Assembly (NCBI GenBank): GCA_963805945.1
Contig: CAWDVP010000006.1
Coordinates: 416,001-480,000, forward strand
Source of the DNA: Vulcanimicrobiota bacterium
Lineage (GTDB): Bacteria; Vulcanimicrobiota; Vulcanimicrobiia; Eremiobacterales; Eremiobacteraceae
Direction: 5' to 3'
DNA: 64,000 nt
Part shown: positions 59,605-64,000 of the stretch, piece after piece
Numbering within the stretch: the first letter of the stretch is position 1
Layout: every line of letters starts with the position of its first letter
Position numbers and translations under genes: made by a program
Notes under the pieces: model-generated
The model's database searches: none
Seen by the model: only the letters and a program-made list of their open reading frames with translations
Told to the model about the DNA's origin: nothing

Positions 59605-62331
59605 ATGATCGGTACGCCTGCATCGCTCACCGCCGAAGAACAACGCCTATTCGAGAGCGCGTCGCACGAAGCCCGCTGGCGGCGCTGGGGCGCATATCTG
59701 AGTGAGCGCCAGTGGGGTACGGTACGCGAAGACTACAGCGCCGACGGTGAACCCTGGAACTATCTGCCGTTCGACGACGCGCGCTCGCGTGCGTATCGCT
59801 GGGGCGAAGACGGCCTGCTCGGCATCTCCGATAACCACCAGCATCTGTGCTTCGCGCTGGCGCTGTGGAACGGCGAAGATCCTATCCTCAAAGACCGCCT
59901 CTTCGGGCTGAGCAACCCCGAGGGCAACCACGGCGAAGACGTCAAGGAATGCTACTATTTTCTCGACGGCCTGCCGACGCATTCGTTGATGAAGGCGCTC
60001 TACAAGTATCCGCAGACGGCGTTCCCCTACGATCGGCTCATCAAGGAGAATCGCGGGCGATCGCGCGCCGAACCGGAATTCGAGCTCATCGAGACCGGCA
60101 TCTTCGACGAGAGCCGCTACTTCGACGTCACCGTCGAATACGCGAAAGCGTCGCCCGACGATATCTGCATCGAGATCTCGGTCACCAATCGCGGACCGGA
60201 GGCGAAGCGGCTGCACGTGCTGCCGACGTTATGGTTCCGCAACACCTGGGCGTGGGGGTACACCGGCAGAGCGGATTCGAAGGCGAAACCTGATGACCGC
60301 GCTCCGGCCATCTCCGTGCAGCGCGAGAGTCCGGAACTCGCGGTGCTCGAGGCGACGCATCCGGAGATCGGCACCCATTTCCTTTATGCACCGGCGGCCT
60401 CGGAACTGCTCTTCACCGACAACGAGACGAACTGGCGGCGCATCGCCAACAGCGCCAATTCTTCGCCGTACGTCAAAGACGGCTTCCACGACTACGTGGT
60501 CGAGGGCCGGACCGACGCGATCAATCCCGCGCGCACGGGGACCAAGGCCGCGCCGCACTACGTGCTCGATATCGCAGCCGGCCAGACCGCCGTGCTGCGG
60601 CTGCGTCTCGACAATGCCGGCGATCTCGTCGATCCGCTCGGCACGTCCTTCGAGTCGACGCTCGCGGAGCGGCGCCGGGATGCTGACGAGTTCTACGCGC
60701 GCATCGCGCCGTATCCCCAATCCGACGAAGCGCGGCGCATCCAGCGCACGGCCTTCGCCGGCCTGCTGTGGTGCCAGCAGTACTACAACTACGTGGTCTA
60801 TCAATGGCTCGACGGCGATCCAACCGGTCCGCCTGCCCCGCCGGAGCGGAAGAGCGGGCGCAACCATAACTGGATCCACGTGTACAGCGACGACATCCTC
60901 TCCATGCCCGACAACTGGGAGTACCCGTGGTTCGCGTCGTGGGATCTCGCTTTCCACTGTATCACCATCGCGATGATCGATCCCGACTTCGCGAAGCGGC
61001 AGCTCGCGCTGCTGACACGCGAGTGGTACATGCACCCGAACGGTGAGCTGCCCGCATACGAATGGGGCTTCGGCGATGTGAACCCGCCGGTGCACGCGTG
61101 GGCCACGATGCGGGTCTACCAGATCGAGCAGAAGATGTTCGGCCGCGCGGATCGGCTTTTCCTTGAGCGCGTCTTCCAGAAACTGCTCATGAACTTCACT
61201 TGGTGGTGCAATCGCAAGGACGCCGAAGGGAACAACGTCTTCCAGGGCGGTTTCTTGGGATTGGACAACATCAGCGTGTTCGACCGCAGCACGCAGCTGC
61301 CCGACGGCGGGCACCTCGACCAGGCCGACGGCACCGCGTGGATGGGTTTCTACTGCTTAAGCATGCTGGCGATCGCGGCAGAACTCGCGCTCGAGAACAG
61401 CGCGTATGAAGACATCGCCTCGAAGTTCTTCGAGCACTTCATCTACATCGCCGACGCGATCAACCACATGGGCGACGATGAACAGGGCGTGGCGCTGTGG
61501 GATGAGGCGAGCGGCTTCTATTACGACGTGCTGCACGTGCCCGGACGCATGCCGATGCGGCTCGGTGTGCGTTCCATGGTCGGGCTCATCCCGCTCATGG
61601 CGGTCATCGTGTCCGACACCGAGACGATCTCGAAGTTCCCCGACCTTCTCAAACGCATGCGCTGGTTCGTGGAGCACCGACCCGACCTGCACGGCAACGT
61701 GGCGCCGCTCGATCAGCCCGGCATCCGCGACCGGCGCATCCTCGCGATGCTGGACGGGACGAAGCTGCGGAAGATCCTGGCCACGATGCTCGATGAGTCC
61801 GAGTTCTTGAGCCCGCACGGCATCCGGTCGCTCTCGCGGTACTACAAAGAGCACGGCTACGAGCTCGACATCGACGGCATGAAGATGACGGTCGACTACG
61901 AGCCAGCAGAATCGACCTCGAACTTGTTCGGCGGCAATTCCAACTGGCGCGGACCGGTGTGGTTCCCGGTCAACTATCTCATCATCGAGGCGCTGCAGCG
62001 CTTTCATTACTACTACGGCGACGATTTCAAGGTCGAGTGCCCGACCGGCTCGGGCATCCTGATGAACCTATGGGAGGTCGCGTCCGAGCTGTCGCACCGG
62101 CTCATCGAGCTCTTCATGCGTGACACGCACGGGCGCCGGCCGATGTACGGCAACGCCGAGCTCTATCAGAACGATCCGCACTTCCGCGACCTGCTGTACT
62201 TCTACGAGTACTTCAACGGCGACACCGGCGCCGGGCTCGGGGCGATCCACCAGACGGGCTGGACGGGCCTCGTCGCCAAGCTGCTGCAGCAGTGCGCCGA
62301 GTATTGCGGGCAAGAGAAAGACCCGCTGTGA
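59605..62331 (+). CDS. MGH1-like/GH63 glucosidase
   Basis: LSERQWGTVREDYS, GNHGEDVKE, WEYPWFA.WD, NSNWRGPVW, HQTGWTG. Confidence 0.88.
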   Translation: MIGTPASLTAEEQRLFESASHEARWRRWGAYLSERQWGTVREDYSADGEPWNYLPFDDARSRAYRWGEDGLLGISDNHQHLCFALALWNGEDPILKDRLFGLSNPEGNHGEDVKECYYFLDGLPTHSLMKALYKYPQTAFPYDRLIKENRGRSRAEPEFELIETGIFDESRYFDVTVEYAKASPDDICIEISVTNRGPEAKRLHVLPTLWFRNTWAWGYTGRADSKAKPDDRAPAISVQRESPELAVLEATHPEIGTHFLYAPAASELLFTDNETNWRRIANSANSSPYVKDGFHDYVVEGRTDAINPARTGTKAAPHYVLDIAAGQTAVLRLRLDNAGDLVDPLGTSFESTLAERRRDADEFYARIAPYPQSDEARRIQRTAFAGLLWCQQYYNYVVYQWLDGDPTGPPAPPERKSGRNHNWIHVYSDDILSMPDNWEYPWFASWDLAFHCITIAMIDPDFAKRQLALLTREWYMHPNGELPAYEWGFGDVNPPVHAWATMRVYQIEQKMFGRADRLFLERVFQKLLMNFTWWCNRKDAEGNNVFQGGFLGLDNISVFDRSTQLPDGGHLDQADGTAWMGFYCLSMLAIAAELALENSAYEDIASKFFEHFIYIADAINHMGDDEQGVALWDEASGFYYDVLHVPGRMPMRLGVRSMVGLIPLMAVIVSDTETISKFPDLLKRMRWFVEHRPDLHGNVAPLDQPGIRDRRILAMLDGTKLRKILATMLDESEFLSPHGIRSLSRYYKEHGYELDIDGMKMTVDYEPAESTSNLFGGNSNWRGPVWFPVNYLIIEALQRFHYYYGDDFKVECPTGSGILMNLWEVASELSHRLIELFMRDTHGRRPMYGNAELYQNDPHFRDLLYFYEYFNGDTGAGLGAIHQTGWTGLVAKLLQQCAEYCGQEKDPL

Positions 62332-63680
62332 TGGCGGAGCAGGTCGACGCGATCGTCATCGGCAGCGGCCAGGGCGGTGTGCCCTTCGCCGCCGATCTCG
62401 CTAGGGCCGGCAAGAAGGTCGTGCTGTTCGAGCGTGGCAGACTCGGCGGCAGCTGCATCAATTACGGCTGCACGCCATCCAAAGCGTTCCTAGCCGCCGC
62501 GCACAACGCCGGCCGGGCCAGACGCGCCGCGGCATTGGGCGTCCATGCAGAAGTCAGCGTCGACTTCGCGGCCATCATGGACCGCGTGCGCTCGATCCGC
62601 GACCGGTTCATGGACGGCATCGCGAGAAAGCTCGCAGGGGCCGGCGTCCGCGTCGTGCCCGCGGAAGCCTCGTTCTCGGCCGAGCGCACGCTCAGCGGCG
62701 GCAGCGTCACTGCGATCGCGCCGCTGGTCGTCATCGACACAGGCACGTCGTCGTTTCTGCCGCCGATCGACGGTCTCGCCGGTACGCCGTACCTGACGAA
62801 CGTGAGTTTCTTCGAGCTGACGACCGCGCCGAAACGCATGCTCGTGATGGGCGGCGGCTACATCGGCCTCGAGCTTGGGCAAGGCCTGGCGCGTCTCGGC
62901 AGCGAGGTGCACGTGATCGATCATAACGATCGCGTGCTGGCGCGTGAAGAACGCGACGCGACCACGGTGCTCGAGCAATCGCTGCGCGAGGACGGCATCG
63001 TGTTGCACCTCGGTCGTGACGTGACGAAGGTCGAGCATGCCGCGGGGACGTTCGCGCTGACGCTCGACGACGGCGACCGCCTTGAAGGCGACGCGCTGCT
63101 CGTGGCGACCGGTCGCCAGCCGAACACCGCGGCGCTCAACGCGATGAAGGGCGGCGTGAAGCTCGACGCGCGCGGCACCGTCGTCGTCGACGAGCAGTTG
63201 CGCACCAGCGCTGCCGGCGTCTTCGCGATCGGCGATGTCGCAGGTCAGCCCGCCTTCACGCACGTCTCCTGGGAGGACTATCGCCGCCTGAAGGACATCA
63301 CGGCGGGCGGCTCGCGCACGCGCGCCGATCGCGTGCTCGCGTACTGCACGTTCACGGAGCCGCAGATCTCGCGGGTCGGCCTGACGTTGGAAGAAGCGCA
63401 GGCGAAGGGTCTCAAGGCTCGGGCCGTCACCTTGCCGATGGAGCACATCGCGCGCGCGGTCGAATGGGGACAGACGCTGGGCTTCTACCGGCTGGTCGTC
63501 GACACCACGAGCGACAAGATCCTCGGCGCGACCATGGTGGGCTACGAAGCCGGCGAGCTCGTGCACGTCATCCTCGCGCACATGGAGGCGGGCTCGACGT
63601 GGCATGTGCTCGACCGTTCGGTACACATCCATCCGACCTACGCCGAGGGGCTGCCCAGCTTGGCGCGGCTGCTCGAATAA
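62331..63680 (+). CDS. Class I pyridine nucleotide-disulfide oxidoreductase (MerA/RclA-like)
   Basis: GSGQGG, GGSCINYGCTPSK, GGGYIG, C-terminal HIHPTYAE; no terminal Cys-Cys. Confidence 0.88.
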   Translation: MAEQVDAIVIGSGQGGVPFAADLARAGKKVVLFERGRLGGSCINYGCTPSKAFLAAAHNAGRARRAAALGVHAEVSVDFAAIMDRVRSIRDRFMDGIARKLAGAGVRVVPAEASFSAERTLSGGSVTAIAPLVVIDTGTSSFLPPIDGLAGTPYLTNVSFFELTTAPKRMLVMGGGYIGLELGQGLARLGSEVHVIDHNDRVLAREERDATTVLEQSLREDGIVLHLGRDVTKVEHAAGTFALTLDDGDRLEGDALLVATGRQPNTAALNAMKGGVKLDARGTVVVDEQLRTSAAGVFAIGDVAGQPAFTHVSWEDYRRLKDITAGGSRTRADRVLAYCTFTEPQISRVGLTLEEAQAKGLKARAVTLPMEHIARAVEWGQTLGFYRLVVDTTSDKILGATMVGYEAGELVHVILAHMEAGSTWHVLDRSVHIHPTYAEGLPSLARLLE

Positions 63681-63682
63681 TG

Positions 63683-63706
63683 TGTAGTGACCGAGCGAAG
63701 CTCGGG
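63683..63706 (+). repeat. REP-like palindrome
   Basis: TGTAG-TG-ACCGAGC-GAA-GCTCGGG. Confidence 0.72.
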
Positions 63707-63712
63707 AATATC

Positions 63713-64000
63713 ATGGTCGGCCCCTCCATCGCCGACTCGGAGCTCGCCGCCTTCAATAAAGGTGAGCTGCTTCACGCGCAGCGGGTGCTCGGCGCGCAGT
63801 GCGCACGCGACGGCGACGTGGCGGGCGTGCGCTTCGCGGTCTGGGCGCCGCATGCGGTGGATGCGAGCGTCGTCGGTGACTTCAATGCGTGGGATGGACG
63901 ACGTGACGCGATGCGCCTGCGCGGTGAGTCCGGCGTGTGGGAACTTTTTGTGCCGGAGGCGGCCGCCGGCACGCGCTATAAGTTCGAACTGCACACGCGC
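63713..64000 (+). CDS. glgB: 1,4-alpha-glucan branching enzyme, 5' part (runs off window edge)
   Basis: Not in ORF track. Manual translation: ...LGAQ..GVRFAVWAPHA..ASVVGDFNAWDGR..MR..GVWELFVP..YKFE (CBM48 of GlgB). Confidence 0.85.
   Translation, partial: MVGPSIADSELAAFNKGELLHAQRVLGAQCARDGDVAGVRFAVWAPHAVDASVVGDFNAWDGRRDAMRLRGESGVWELFVPEAAAGTRYKFELHTR

Noticed and set aside
62331..63680. True mercuric reductase MerA
   Set aside because: No C-terminal Cys-Cys pair, no N-terminal metal-binding domain, no mer genes; ends with HxHPT..E

Overview
High-GC, gene-dense bacterial chromosomal window. The ClpC N-terminus, the expanded DUF4760-like family and the lineage-type secreted proteins suggest Ca. 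Eremiobacterota/Vulcanimicrobiota, but this is inference only. Most of the window is housekeeping: leucine catabolism (liuB/C/D, HMG-CoA lyase), ftcd-hutI, PPi-type Pfk, clpC, a FolK-GTP cyclohydrolase (FolE2/MptA-type) fusion, a propionyl-CoA carboxylase/methylmalonyl-CoA mutase/epimerase operon, a Liv-type ABC transporter, peptidoglycan recycling (nagZ-serine hydrolase-anmK-murQ), an M16 peptidase, thiolase-MaoC-OCD, mqnD and a glycogen/alpha-glucan cluster. Structure not explained by these genes: (1) a ~180-240 nt multi-helix candidate ncRNA/leader starting right at a near-consensus sigma70 promoter upstream of clpC; (2) six paralogous single-TM DUF4760-like genes, four in a translationally coupled tandem array, with three copies whose ATGTCSCTTGAG start supplies the stop codon of the upstream gene; (3) about 16 GTAG-family REP-like palindromes, five of them in frame inside four proteins, including a doublet inside an uncalled acyl-CoA carboxylase epsilon-like subunit. 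Three genes carry single-base frameshifts that may be sequencing errors. I saw no tRNA, rRNA, CRISPR array, integrase or transposase.
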